This document shows, one piece after another, positions 51,363 to 64,000 of a DNA stretch of 64,000 nt (position 1 is the stretch's first letter; each line of letters begins with the position of its first letter). The position numbers and the translations under genes were made by a program. The stretch is from NCBI RefSeq assembly GCF_006345805.1, contig NC_043002.1:56482001-56546000 (forward strand), read 5' to 3'. The notes beneath the pieces were generated by a model. That model did no database searches. It was given only the letters and a program-made list of their open reading frames with translations, and was not told the origin of the DNA. This stretch comes from Octopus sinensis. Its lineage: Eukaryota.

Positions 51363-52229
51363 TGAGAGAGAGTTTGATATGTTGAATTGGTCTTATGATA
51401 CACTTGCCCCAACACTAAACTAATATCCTCTGTATCCAACTCATTCCCCATCTTTAATCATCTGTCACACTATCTTCACTCACTTTACTTCCTATTCTGT
51501 CTCATATCCATGTTGGATCTGGACCTCACATCTCTTTCTTTTCTCTCTCACTCTCCAAGTGGTTAAAGCATGTATTCACCTCTTCAGCAAGACACTTTGC
51601 TCCTCTCCCTCTATCATAGTTTCTTATTTATCCAGTCTATACCCCACTCAGTCAAGGGGTCTTATCTTGTGGGTACTTGGCAACCTCACTGGTGCTGGTG
51701 CCAAAGCAGACATAGAACCTGATGGAGCTCTCTGGCTCATAAGTTCTTGTCCAACCATCCAACCCATGGTAGCATGGATAAGGGGACGTTAAATGATTAT
51801 GATGGTGGTGAGCGTATTGTCATAATTATTTCTTCCTCCTCCTCCTCTGCTTATTTGTAAAAGTTTATGTTCCTGAGAAAATAAGCTCGAGAAAATTATC
51901 TTTTGCCGATAAGGCCTAAATAAATATGAAACATGCTTATAGCCACCAACTTTCTTAAGACAAACCAGATTATTTGAAATTACCACTTAAGGAAAAGTGA
52001 AATAACACCATAGTCAACTCAAAGCATTCTCTATTGGACTGATTGATGCATTTGAACTTGTTAGTTCTCTTCAGTACCAGATACCAAGAGACGTGACTCT
52101 GAACTGTGCTAAGTGAGAATTTTTTCTCCATGATAAACTGTATTGGCAAGTCTCTAAAAGTCCAAATGTCTCTCAAACATATTTGAACTGATGTTAAGTT
52201 TGTTTACACTATCACTTCTTCATTCATGT

Positions 52230-52559
52230 TATATATATATATAAGAGGAAAAAGAACATGGAGATTGGGGTATATATATAATTTCAATAATAATAAATGG
52301 GTAAAATTTAATTAATTAATAATTAATGATTTTACCAAGTAGTTTGGTACATTAAAATAATCTTTTTAGATAAAATTATACATCATCATCATCATCGTTT
52401 AGCGTCCGTTTTCCGATGATGATGTATAATTTTATCTAAAAAGATTATTTTAACGTACCAAACTACTTGGTAAAATAATTAATTATTAATTAATTAATTT
52501 TTACCCATTTATTATTATTGAAATTATATATATACCCCAATCTCCATGTTCTTTTTCCT

Positions 52560-52574
<15 letters not shown>
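52230..52574. repeat. Near-perfect palindrome, ~160-bp arms, ~24-nt loop derived from the RTE tail
   Basis: Arms 52230-52390 and 52415-52574 differ at about 3 sites; loop atcatcgtttagcgtccgttttcc. Confidence 0.95.
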
Positions 52575-52602
<28 letters not shown>

Positions 52603-52799
52603 CTATAATTAGAAACATAATTATAATCAGGGGTCAGTTAATTGCTTTGTCATGTGTGTTACTGTCTGGGAGATCTTTATGGCAGTAGAAAAGGCATTTA
52701 ACTCCTATTTCTAAATTCGGTGCATGGCAAAGCAATTAGCTGGCACCTGAATTATAATTATGTTTATAATTGTAGAATATTTGTGTGTGTGTGTGTATG

Positions 52800-52843
<44 letters not shown>

Positions 52844-54421
52844 TACTGATGATACAGAGGTTTGAGAATGTGTGCTCAGTGATGAAGGCATTAGGTTCAC
52901 AATCTTCATGCTGTGGGCTCAATTTCTGGGCCACACAACATATTGTGTCCTTGAGCAATGCTCTTTATTTCATGTTGCTCCTGTCTACCGAACTAGAAGC
53001 AAGTCCCAGGTAACTTTCGGTACAGACCACTCCCCACTCCAGCTGTGAGTGTTTTGCCGGCCAAGAGGATGTTTGTGCCTGCTCACAACTACATCACAGA
53101 TACCCAAAACAATGAGCAAAAGTGTGGTACATGTTACCACATCATATTTGCTAATGAGAAATGGCTTTGGATCTAGGATAGGCTAAAACAAACAAGAGGA
53201 AAAAGACCTTAATAAATGCACTCACACACCCCTCAATACAATGCTCTTTCAGTTCAGGTCTGTCTGCATACCTATTTATCTATCTCTCTGAGGCTGTTGG
53301 AACACTCGTCTGTTTTATGGGCCCAGTAAAATGGATGAATTTTCTGTAGGTCCTTTTGCTACTAATAAACACATACATACACCATGTGTGTATTGAGTCC
53401 TCACTCTAGCCATTGCCTTCTCAATTCCATACTGGGGATATCCCTCTCCTACACACACACACATTTACTACAAATATATGTTTTAGTCTAACACAAAATG
53501 TTCAATTAGAAAGCAATGTCTGCACATGTAAACTGCCTGTCTGCCAGCCTGACAACACAGGCTTCAACTGTGACAACACAGACAGAAGCTGTCATTACTT
53601 TATTAGTATACAAACTAATAGCTTGGTAGCTAGACACTTCTTCTACTCAGTATCATAAAGGCAGCCTTCTTCCCAACCACTTGCCTCACTCTACCAATGT
53701 AAAGTCCAGTAAGGTCGTCTTCCCTCCCATATCACACACAGTCTTAGACCTATTGGCATTTAGACTGCAAGTAATGTCATTGGTAATCTGTGAGTGTTCT
53801 TGTTGTGATGGTGACCAGAGGCAGTTTAATACATCATGGTGAGATGCAGCTGCTCAGTGGGTGGTGCTGTCTGCGAAGTTGGATACCCTGAACAAACCCA
53901 ACTGATTATAGAAAATATTCTGTCTTAATAGCAAGGAAGATGTGACAACCCACAAGTCAGAGCAAATCCCCCAACCCACTCAAAAGTTATCAAAGGACCT
54001 CTCTAATTCTCTTCTTTTCAGATGGAGAAGCACATGAAGCAATCCATCTACCATCACTGAAATAAATCTCCTTTCCTTACTAGGTACAAAACTTTAAAGC
54101 TGCCATCATACAGTAATCCAATTGTCACTGGATTTACCCTATACAGTATAATCTTGCCATCACTGGATTAAACCCCATACAGTTTAATCCAGCTATCACT
54201 TGATCCAAATCCAGTAGTCCCCACCATTTTTAGTACACACACATAGAGTCAGACCAAAGTAATTTGGTTCCAGGTACTAGTTTGGCATGGGTTACTATGC
54301 AGCACAATACTATCCCGCTATCAGTGAATTTTATAAACATAGGTGGTTTATACACACATGTGCACACACATGCACTAAGTACATACACACGCACACCCAT
54401 GCTTTTGTTTATTTGAATGAC

Positions 54422-54452
<31 letters not shown>

Positions 54453-55494
54453 GATGTAGTTGTTGCAGCTTTAATAATATTACTTTAAAAAATGAAGTCT
54501 AAAAGTTCATATTTAAATAAAGACGACTAAAACAAAAACAAAAACAACAAACTGTACAGATGTATCTATGTCACCCCCTATCTTCATATTTGTTCCCTGC
54601 ACCCATATAAAAGTTTTCACTGTTCTCCCCCACTGCTGCCCTGCAGGGAGTGGTACCATCCACATTTAGAAGCAGTGTTCTAGACTAATGTAACATAAGC
54701 AGGAAGTAAATGTATAACTGCTACACAGTTTAACTATTGTTGCTGAAAATCAACTGGTTGCCAGAAAAGATTTGTTTTCAAGTCTACACAGCAGATGGTA
54801 CCAAGACAAGTTGAAGTATTCCAGCAGTAAATTAGGTTGATCAGGAAGCTTAGCTGACTAGAATCATCATCACTTCTGCCACCACCACCACGACCACATT
54901 CATCCTCATCAATGTCCAGTTTCCCATGCTTGCAAAAGTTGTGTAAAATTCATGGAGGCAGATTTTCTATGCTTGAATGCCTTCCTTGTCACCAACCCTC
55001 ATCTGTTCTCAAGTACAGCAACATTTTTTCCCATGGCCAGACATGATTTTACAGAAGATTGGAAATGAATGACACTGCTTGTTTATGGTGATGTTCATTT
55101 GCAACTATCACATGACTGATATACACAACAGGCTTCTTTCAGTTTCTATCTAATAAATTCAATCACAACACTTTGACCCAAGGCTAAAGTAGAAAATACT
55201 TGTGCACGGGAACACAGTGGAACCGAACTTGAACTCATGAGGCTGGGAAGCAAGCTTCTTAACCACATCCACACCTAAGTCTATTAGAATATTTGGTTTG
55301 CAAGACAGTTACCATGCAATTTCTTCCTACATTTTCTTATAAAGAAGGTTAACAAAACAACCCTTTATACACATCTTAATACTTCAATGTTCCCTTTATG
55401 TTAAATTTATTTCAATTTCCAGTCCTCCAGTGTAACAAAAAAGAGAAAAGCAGTTCTCCAGTAACATCAGATTTTTACATATTATAGACATGCC

Positions 55495-55701
55495 AAGGCG
55501 GCAAGCTGGCAGAACCGTTAACAAGTCAGACAAAATGCTTAGCTGGGAGTGGCTGTGTGGTAAGTAGCTTGCTTACCAACCACATGGTTCCAGGTTCAGT
55601 CCTACTACGTGGCACCTTGGGCAAGTGTCTTCTACAATAGCCTCGGGCCAACCAAAGCTATGTGAGTGGATTTGGTAGACGGAAACTGAAAGAAGTCTGT
55701 C

Positions 55702-55734
<33 letters not shown>

Positions 55735-56040
55735 CATGTATTTACATTCCTGTAACTTAGCCGTTCAGCAAAAGAGACCGAGAGAAATAAGTACTAGGTT
55801 TACAAAGAATAAGTCCTGGCATTGATTTGCCTGACTAAAACGGCGATGCTCCAGCATGGCTGCAGTCAAATGACTGCAACAAGTAAAACAAAAACTCCTT
55901 ATGTTCTGGGTTCAAATTCCATCAAAGTTGACTTTGCCTATCATTCTTTCCGGGTTGGTGAAATAAGCACCAGAAACGATGTAATCAACTTAGCCCCACC
56001 CACCAAAACTGCAGGCCTTGTGTTAAAATTTGAAACTATG
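55495..56040 (+). mobile_element. SINE family B interrupted by a family A SINE (55545-55890)
   Basis: Family B head ggcggcaagctggcagaacc at 55497; its body resumes at ~55905 with gttctgggttcaaattcc. Confidence 0.8.
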
Positions 56041-56651
56041 TAAGAGAAACACCCAACAACTGCATCATATTTCTTATTCCATATTTCTGTTTTTTTTTTC
56101 AAAAGAGAAACTATCTCCACATATTCTTTAATCCAACCAACATCCCCACCCCACATCACTCTTTCTTCATTTCTCAAGTGACCCTATTAATTTTTGGATT
56201 ATTTATTTTTTCTCAGACTCACAGAAAGAAAATTAAGGCAAGAACTTTCCCACTCTCTCTCTCTCCCCCACTTCATTCTTCCATTTTAAAGTAAATAGAT
56301 GTGGGTGGCTGAAATTTGAATTTTGACAAATATATCGGCCAGGCTGTGGAGGTAGGTATAAGACAGACATATAATACAACAGTCAAAGTTCATGTTAGTA
56401 GTTTTGCTAGTGGTACCATGTACTTAGAACCAGCAGGGACGGCTTTTAATTCACCACAGGGAATTCATATGCTGTAACTTAACTATAATAATTTCAGAAA
56501 TAACAAGAAATTTTTGGTTCTCAGAGGTATTAAAAACCTCACAAGAACTTACATACAGGAGTTAAAATTTAAGATGTAATGAAATTAATCATTCTACTTT
56601 ACTCAACTAATCTGGAAGTGAAATAAGAAAAGGCATTGTGAATCATCTTTA

Positions 56652-59600
56652 TCATCATCATTTAATGTCTGCTTTCCATGCTGGCATGGGTTGGGCAGTT
56701 TGGAATTGGCAAGCTGTAGAGCTGCCCCATACTCAAGTCTGTTTTGGCATGGTTTCTATGGCTAGATGCCCTTCTTAACACCAACCACTCAGAAAGTGTA
56801 GCGGGTGCCTTTTACACGTCAATGGTACAGGTGCTTTTACATATCACCAACACTGGCCACAATTATGCTTTCACTTGGCTTGACATGTCTTCTCAAGCAC
56901 AGCAAATAGCCAAAGATTTCGATCACTTCATCGCCTCTGTGAAATTCCACATTCAAAGATCATGCTTCACCACCTTGTCCCATGTCTTCCTGGCTCAGCT
57001 TCTTCCACAGGTTCTCTCCACATTTAGAGATCAGCACTTCTTTACGCAAATGTCCTCATCCACACACATCACATGACCATACCAATTCAGATGCCTTTCT
57101 TGCACACCATATCTGATGCCTCTTATGCCCAGTTTTTCTCTCATTGCACATCCGGTGAAGCATACTAGATTCATTTCTTTCAAGCCTTCACATATTCTCT
57201 GCAACCACAGCCCATGTTTTACTGCTGTGTAGTATGGCAGTTCGCACACAGGCATCATACAATCTGAGGAAGAGGCCCTTTGTTACCAACAAAGGTAGCA
57301 GCTCTCTGAACTTTGCTCAGCTTATTCTTATTCTAGCAGCTACGCTTTTGGAGCATCCACCTCTGCTACTGACTTGGTCACCTGGATAATGAATGCTATC
57401 AACTATTTCTAGGTATTCCCCCTGGCATTTGATGGAGTCTATTTTCTGTACATTTCTAGTGTTTATTATACCTGTACATCTACCACACACAAAGACTATT
57501 TTCCCTATTAACCTTCATCTGATATTGCTGCACTTCTTATGTGTCCATAGCTTACACCAGGTACACCTTATGGAGTTTCTACCTGTGTCTTTTCTAAATA
57601 TCGAGCAGGGTCACTTACCTGGAGGGATTTGTGATTTGTGTGCTTTTCCACTTACTAAGACATTGGTGTTTGCTAAATTAACTCTAAGGCCCTTTGATTC
57701 TAGACCTTGCTTCCACTTCTGAAATTTTTTTCTCCAGTTCTGGTAGTAATTCAGCTTTAAGAACATATTCAGCAGCATAGAGGAGCTTCCAGGGACAGTC
57801 CAACTTAAATTCTTCTGGAAGACTATGATGAACAAGTGGGGCCCAAGGACTGATCCTTGGTGAACTCCTACTTGTACACTGAATTCATTGCTATACTCAT
57901 TGCTAACCATTACTTTACTGACAGCGTTCCTGTACATGGCTTGTACAGTTCTCACCAGCCACTCCTCTATCCCTAGTTTCTGCAATGACCACCAGATAAA
58001 GGAGTGGGGGACCTTATTGAAGGCATTCTCCATGTCAACAAAAGCCAAGTACAGAGGTTTATTTTTGGCTAGGTACTTCTGCAGCTGCCTTGCTAGAAAT
58101 ATAGCATCAGTGGTGCTTCTCTCTGGCACAAAACTAAACTGCATCTAGACTAACTTTCTTCCTAATTAGTCAGGCTAAGACCCTCTCCTTAACTTCCATC
58201 ACCTGATCCTGCAATTTGATACCACTGTAATTATTTCTAAGGCATCACCATTACCTTTGTAGCAGTTAACTATGGTGCTTCTAAATCAGCCATTGGGTAC
58301 AACTCCCTTGTGTACAACCTGACTGACTATATGCGTGATGAGACCATAACCCACACTGCCAGATATTTTCAGCATCTCAGCAGTGATTCCTGATGGGCCA
58401 GGAGCTTTCCTGGTCTTCACATCTTTCATGGCTTTATCTACCATGCCACAGTCTATTCAGATAGCTGGTTCCTCTGTTGGACCCACTTTAGGCAGAGTCT
58501 CCTTCTCCCATGAGTTCTTTACATTTAGCAACCTTCCGTAGTGGTACTTCCAAGCCTCTTGGCAGAGTGAACCATTATCCATGCAAATGCACTTCTCTAC
58601 AACAGCATCACAATTTTCCCTGGTACACTGTCTTGCAAGCTAGAACACCTCAAGCTGCTGGTCTTCACATCGCAGATCATTGGCAAACTTCTTTCTTTCT
58701 GCTTTTCGCCCTGGCTAGGTATATCTACCTCTTAGATTCCCCTCTAGCTACCTGATATAGTTCTTTGCTATTGTCACTCTTCCAGTCCTGCTTCTTTGCT
58801 CTAATTAACAGCCCTGTTAACTACACTGCTCCACCACCATGTCACTCTAGGTGGTCTGGTTGGGACTTTGCATAAGCCACAAATTTGGTCTATGGCTCTC
58901 AGTAAGTTGTCTCATAGGAATTTCCAGTTATTCTTCTTGTTACATATCTGTAACTCCTCCTTCTCCTCCTCATTTTCATGAAATGCTTCAGTTAGGGACA
59001 TCTTTACATCTCTGACTATTCAGAGGATCCTTAAGCTTCCAGGTCCTTCTTTTCCAGATTGATTTGTTTCTTGGAACCTTCTGGCCTGTAGTCTGAAATC
59101 AATAATGAGTAATGTATGCTGAGAGGTACATTCTTCACCAGGGAAGGTCTTTATCTTTATGAGCAACCATGAATCACACTTCCTGGTGAGAATGTAGTCA
59201 ATCTGGCTAACATGGTCACTGGATTTATAAGTTATCAGGTAATTGGCTGGTTTCTTAAAGTTGATGTTGCAGATTATTAGGTCATTTGCATCACAGAATT
59301 TCAGCAGCCTTGTTCCCTCCTCAATTCCATGCCCCCTCCCCATGTAATCCATAGAAGACACCTGGGTGCTACCTGACATGTCCATTGAAATCACCAGCCA
59401 TAAAGATAAGGTTACTGTCATTTGTTTTTGAGCTACCCTGCAGAAGAATGTCATAGGAGTGATCCTTTTGTTCATTTGGTAGACCTGGTTGGGGGGTGGG
59501 GGCATAGGCAGAGATGATTGTTGCTGTGCAATTCTGCAAAACTAGTCAAAGCTTAAGTACCCTATCACATACTCTGATTACTTCAATCACCTTATTGGCC

Positions 59601-59830
59601 CATTTCTCTGCTAGAAGTATGCCCACACCTTTTACCCTGTCACTGTTGCCCACTCAGAAGAAATTATACCTATGCTTCTTACCTGTGTTGAACTTGGCTG
59701 AAGCTTCCCTCCACCAAATTTCTTGGATGTAACACACATCAACATGTCTCCTTTCAAGCAATCTCACCAGACCTACCCTCCAAAGCACCTACACTAACAG
59801 TGCCAACTCTGAGGGAATGTATAGGGTAGC
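56652..59830 (-). mobile_element. Older, near full-length RTE LINE ORF2 (EN-RT-PHD), many stops and frameshifts
   Basis: LRVGTVSVG at ~59800, VAGDFNGH-like motif, QIDYIL, FVDMENAF, VGVHQGSVLGP, C4HC3 segment at 57470-57615, tail at 56652. Confidence 0.92.
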
Positions 59831-59939
59831 CAGAAGTTACATGAGGAGCGGGGAACTGCAGCTTCCTTGGTTAGAGATTGAAGTTAATTAGGACCAACTG
59901 AAGAGCTGGGAAGAGTCAGGAACTAAGAAACTAACTTTT

Positions 59940-60320
59940 CATCTTTTATTCTTTTACTTATTTCAGTCATTGAACTGTAGCCATGCTGGGGCACCATCTG
60001 GAAGGGTTTAGTCAAATAAATCAATTCAAGTACTTATCTTTTTAAATCTGGTACTCATTCATTTTATCAGTGTCTGTTGCTGAACCTTCAAGTTACTGGG
60101 ATGTAAACAAACCACCACCAGGTATCAAGCAGTGTGGGTGGAGTATATACAAACACACTTTACAGGCAGTTTCTACACAGTTTCCATTTACTGAATTCAT
60201 TCACAAGGCTAGATGGTGCTATAGTAGAAGACACTTGCTCAAGGTACTGTAAAGTGGGACTGAACCATAAACCATGTGATTACAAAGTGAGCCTCTTAAC
60301 TATAAAGCCATGCCTACACC
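59940..60320 (-). mobile_element. SINE family A (diverged)
   Basis: Reverse-complement tail, core and head. Confidence 0.7.
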
Positions 60321-60729
60321 TATGATAACACGCACACACACAACATGCATCATAACAAGAAGAAGGTATTTCAAAGAGATGCAATGCTGCCATTGCCACT
60401 GCTTTGTTTATTTATCCTTTCTTTTATTCTCTTTGATTCATCCTGTTTCTTATTTTGAGTTTGTAGTTAATAATATATTTATTTTTTTGCTTTAACTATG
60501 ACATGCGAGAGAAATGTTAAGAGCACATTGGATAAAGAGTATATATTGTTGAAAATACAAGTTCATCCAGCAAATGGATTTTATACATGACCCCGAGGAG
60601 TTGATGTTTTTGTGATATTAGTATTATTACCACAATACTGATGCAATGTATTATTACACATGTTATATAATAATAATATACCAAGTTTTTCCAGAAAAAT
60701 ATTGATAAAACAAATGTAAACCAAAATTG

Positions 60730-61085
60730 TAACTGTGGCTAGTGCCCCTTGACTGGCTCCCATTCCAGTGGCATGTAAAATGCATCATCTGAATGTGGTT
60801 GATGTCAGTGCCCCTTGACTGGATCCCGTGCTGGTGGCATGTAAAAAGCATTATCCAAATGCCATCTATGCTAGGCCTGCCTGCCTGGCTCTTGTGCTGG
60901 TGGCATGTGAAAAGCACCCATGACACTCTTGGAGTGGTTGGCATTAGGAAGGGCATCCAGCGGTAGAAACATTGCCAGACCAGATTGGAGCTTGGTGCAG
61001 CCGCTGGCTCTCCAGACCTCAGTCAAACCATCCAACCCATGTCAGCATGGAAAATGGACATTAAACAATGATGATGATGATGATG
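60730..61085 (+). mobile_element. RTE 3' tail
   Basis: Three hairpin units and a (GAT)n end. Confidence 0.8.
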
Positions 61086-61494
61086 AATTGTGTAAAATTA
61101 TGTAATAAAATGAACTGTTCACTGCATTATCGTTAATAATTATATAAAAATCAATGGATATTTATGGATTTTCAGCTATATCATCAGTAAAATTATTGAT
61201 TCCTTTATGCAAGTTACTTGGTGGGCTTGCTGGTGCCATGTAAAAACCACTCAGTTCATTCAGTAAAGTGGCTGGTGTTAGGAAGTTCATCCAGTCATAA
61301 AAACCACGCCAAAGGAGACAGTGGATACTCTGGTTTACTAGCATGAAAGGACATTAAACAAAGACGATGGCCTGATAGCCAGTACCTGTGGATGAGCTTA
61401 TTAGCAAACTCCAACATTAAAACTGAAATGAAATTGATGTATAAGAATACACAGTGACAATACCAGTGATACTAACAACAATGATTTTATTTAC

Positions 61495-61581
61495 CTTGTC
61501 TGTTTTTCCTGATTCTTTTAGCTTCTTGTAATTCCTGTTTACAATCAATGATTTTTGATGTGGCTTCAGAGATTTTCTCTT
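61495..61581 (-). CDS. THOC7: THOC7 exon, 87 nt (xEKISEATSKIIDCKQELQEAKRIRKNRQ)
   Basis: tcatctaacag| acceptor and |gtaa donor; AKRIRKNRQE is diagnostic of THOC7; phase 1 to 1. Upstream exons lie outside the window. Confidence 0.96.
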
Positions 61582-61619
61582 CTGTTAGATGAAAAAAAAA
61601 AGACAAAATAATAATAATT

Positions 61620-61960
61620 CTTGCTATTATAGGCACAAGGTCAGAAATTTTGTGAGAAGGAGGATGTTGGGTGATTACAGCAATCCCTAGCATGCAACTG
61701 GTACTTATGTTATTGACCTCAAAATGCTGAAAGGCAAAGTCAACCATGACACCTTGGCAGAATTTGAACTGAGAGCATCAAGATGGAAGAAATGCTGTTA
61801 AGCATTCCAGGTGCTCAATTGGTGCTTATTTTAATCAACCCCTGAAACAATGAAAGGTGAAGTCAACTGTGGAGAAATTTGAACTCAGAATGAAAAGGTA
61901 GACAAAACACTGCAAAAGCATTTTACCTAGAGTGCTAATGATTCTGCCAATTCACTACCT
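61620..61960 (-). mobile_element. SINE family B, partly duplicated
   Basis: Two gaaagg(c/t)(a/g)aagtcaac..atttgaact segments. Confidence 0.7.
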
Positions 61961-61979
61961 TAGCAACAACAACAACAAC

Positions 61980-62326
61980 TACAAGAGCACTCAGAGAGTG
62001 CAAACCTCTGCCAAGGCAACACCAACGTAATCTCAACGAATAGCCAGAGATGATTTTTAAAATGAGAATATCTGAAATAAACACGACTGCTCTCACAAAT
62101 GAAACTACTAAAAATTAACCCGACCGCTCTCAAAAATTAAATAAACAGGAGAAATAATCCAGTACTGGATCAATCGCAAAATCTAATCAGTTCGTGCCAG
62201 TCATGTAGCCAAACATCCCTAAAAGTTTCATCCAAATCCATCCAGTAGTTCTCGAGATATCTTGTCCACAGACAAACAAACAAACATGACTGAAAACAAT
62301 ACCTCTGCATTCACTAAGGCAGAGGT
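61980..62326 (+). mobile_element. Helentron/HINE (DINE-1-like) non-autonomous element
   Basis: 5' subterminal acctctgcc at 62004, (AAAC)n core, 3' stem-loop acctctgc-attcactaag-gcagaggt. Classification inferred. Confidence 0.55.
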
Positions 62327-62355
62327 GGTAGTAGTAGTAGTAATAATAATAATAA

Positions 62356-62810
62356 TGGGATTTCCCACTTCAAACAGATCAGGTGTTAGAGCATAACAGA
62401 TCAGACTGAGTGGTGGTGGACAAGGTGCACCACACATGCTATATAGCTGATGTTGCATGCTCCTTTGACTCACAAATAGTCAAGAAGGAAGGCGTAAAGA
62501 TAGATAAATACAACCCTCTTAAGTACGAAATAGCCTGGCTATGGAAAATGAAGAAGGTGAAGACAGTGTCAATTATTGTTGGGTTCACGGGGACAGTATC
62601 AGAAGGCATCAAGGGGAATATAAGGGAAATTGGAATAGAGTGCCTGGTAGAACTGCTACAAAAGGTTTGCCTCCTTGGCATGGCCAGAATAATCTGGAAA
62701 GTATTTGATAACTGAAGATAACGGATAGCATGGTACCGTAGGCTGCAGGTAGTAAGCCTGCTATGCAAGGCTCCAAGAGCACCAACAAAACCTGTGATAA
62801 AGAGAAATTT
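62356..62810 (+). mobile_element. R4/Dong-clade non-LTR retrotransposon 3' fragment (restriction-like endonuclease)
   Basis: WDFPLQTDQVLEHNRSD*VVVDK..YIADVACSFD..KEGVKIDKY..IIVGFTG; begins directly after (TAA)5. Confidence 0.85.
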
Positions 62811-62811
62811 T

Positions 62812-63050
62812 GAATGAAGTGACCCCACTACTTCAAGCAGTGGTTTGGGACAAACACGAAGACAAATGCACACACACACACATACGAAGGGCTTCTTTCA
62901 CTTTCCATCTACCAAATCCCTTCACAAGGTTTTGGTCAGCCCAAGTCTATAGTAGAAGATACTTGTTCAAAGTGCCATGCAGTGGGACTGAACCTGGAAC
63001 CATGTGATTGGGAAATAAACTTTTTATAATAAAGTCATGCCTGCGACTAT
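62812..63050 (-). mobile_element. SINE family A
   Basis: Reverse-complement core and head. Confidence 0.75.
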
Positions 63051-63789
63051 ATAGTGACTATCACAAGTTCTGCTTAGCCAAAAATTAGGGATTAAAAAAA
63101 AAGTTTAAAAAGACCAAAAAAAAAAAACCCCTTCAATTTTATTTCTTCTTATCTTTCAAACTGCAGTAAACTCAGCTTTATATATAAATAGATTGTGATT
63201 ATCTATAACAATCTTCTCAAAAATTGCTGCAGTTTATTGTTCATCTCTCAGGTCAACCTGACCACATAAGATATCAAAGATATTCTAGCCATGACCATCT
63301 TGCCTGTTTTCAGGCATAATATACACAGAGCCACATTATCCCATGAGTACTCTGAATCTTGAAGACAATAGGGTGATTTGGCTGCTATTTCTAGCAGTTA
63401 GTGGTCAGATAATGACACTCCTTAGTTGGCTCACGTAGGAAAAAATTAATGGTAGTAGTAGTGATTATGGTAATAGTTAAATGTAGTTATTTAACCCTAG
63501 GTCAGCGGTTTATCCAACAGGCCTATGATCAAAGAGGTCCCACTTACACAAAATTCAGTCTTTTTCTTAAAATCACACACACACATGCACACAACTGACA
63601 CAAAGAAAGGAAGAGAGACTTCAGAGAGTACAATCTTAATTACACTTCAAAAAAAAAAAAGACTGGATTGTCGTGGTTGGAATGCTTTTGAGCATAGGTC
63701 TACCAGATCAAGGATGATCAGGGCTAAACAACAAAAGCTATATCAGCCACCACCACCATCACCACTGCTACCACCATGTGACAGAATTC

Positions 63790-64000
63790 TTTTATTATTT
63801 TACTTGTTTGTTGTTTGACTGTGGCCATGCTGGAGAACCAACTTAAATCAACCTCAGGACTTATACTTTGGTAAGCCTAGTACTTATTGTATTGGTATCT
63901 CTTGCTGAACCGCTAAGTCACATGGACATAAACACACCAGCATTGGTTGTCAAGTGATGGTGGTGGTGGTTGGGGGGGGGGGACAAACACAAACATATAT
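63790..64000 (-). mobile_element. SINE family A tail (runs off the window)
   Basis: tttgactgtggccatgctggag..aaccgctaagt.. Confidence 0.75.

Noticed and set aside
61487-61747. 86-aa ORF as a whole gene (also 41565-41771)
   Set aside because: Only the embedded THOC7 exon is coding; the rest is intron or SINE read-through.

Overview
AT-rich, microsatellite- and transposon-dense animal genomic DNA. The repeat families and the C2H2 gene point to an octopod cephalopod (inferred, not searched). Two protein-coding genes are supported, and they converge tail-to-tail: a single-coding-exon C2H2 protein with 17 fingers (+, ATG 26588 to stop 28402) and the last five coding exons of THOC7 (-, 61581 to 31566; 5' exons lie beyond the window). 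The rest is mostly decayed mobile DNA: a CR1/L2-group LINE, three long RTE LINEs plus many RTE 3' tails, an R4/Dong fragment, Tc1/mariner relics, MITEs, a Helentron-like element and three SINE families. The best leads are: (1) a palindromic element with a tRNA-like Pol III head and a minimal type I hammerhead ribozyme motif (47163-47654); (2) a two-finger alternating recognition code in the zinc finger protein, consistent with reading a 6-bp-periodic or dinucleotide repeat; (3) a PHD (C4HC3) finger inside the RTE ORF2; (4) a young ~160-bp-arm palindrome whose loop is the end of the RTE tail. Repeat boundaries are approximate and were read by eye; THOC7 exon and C2H2 CDS boundaries were counted base by base.
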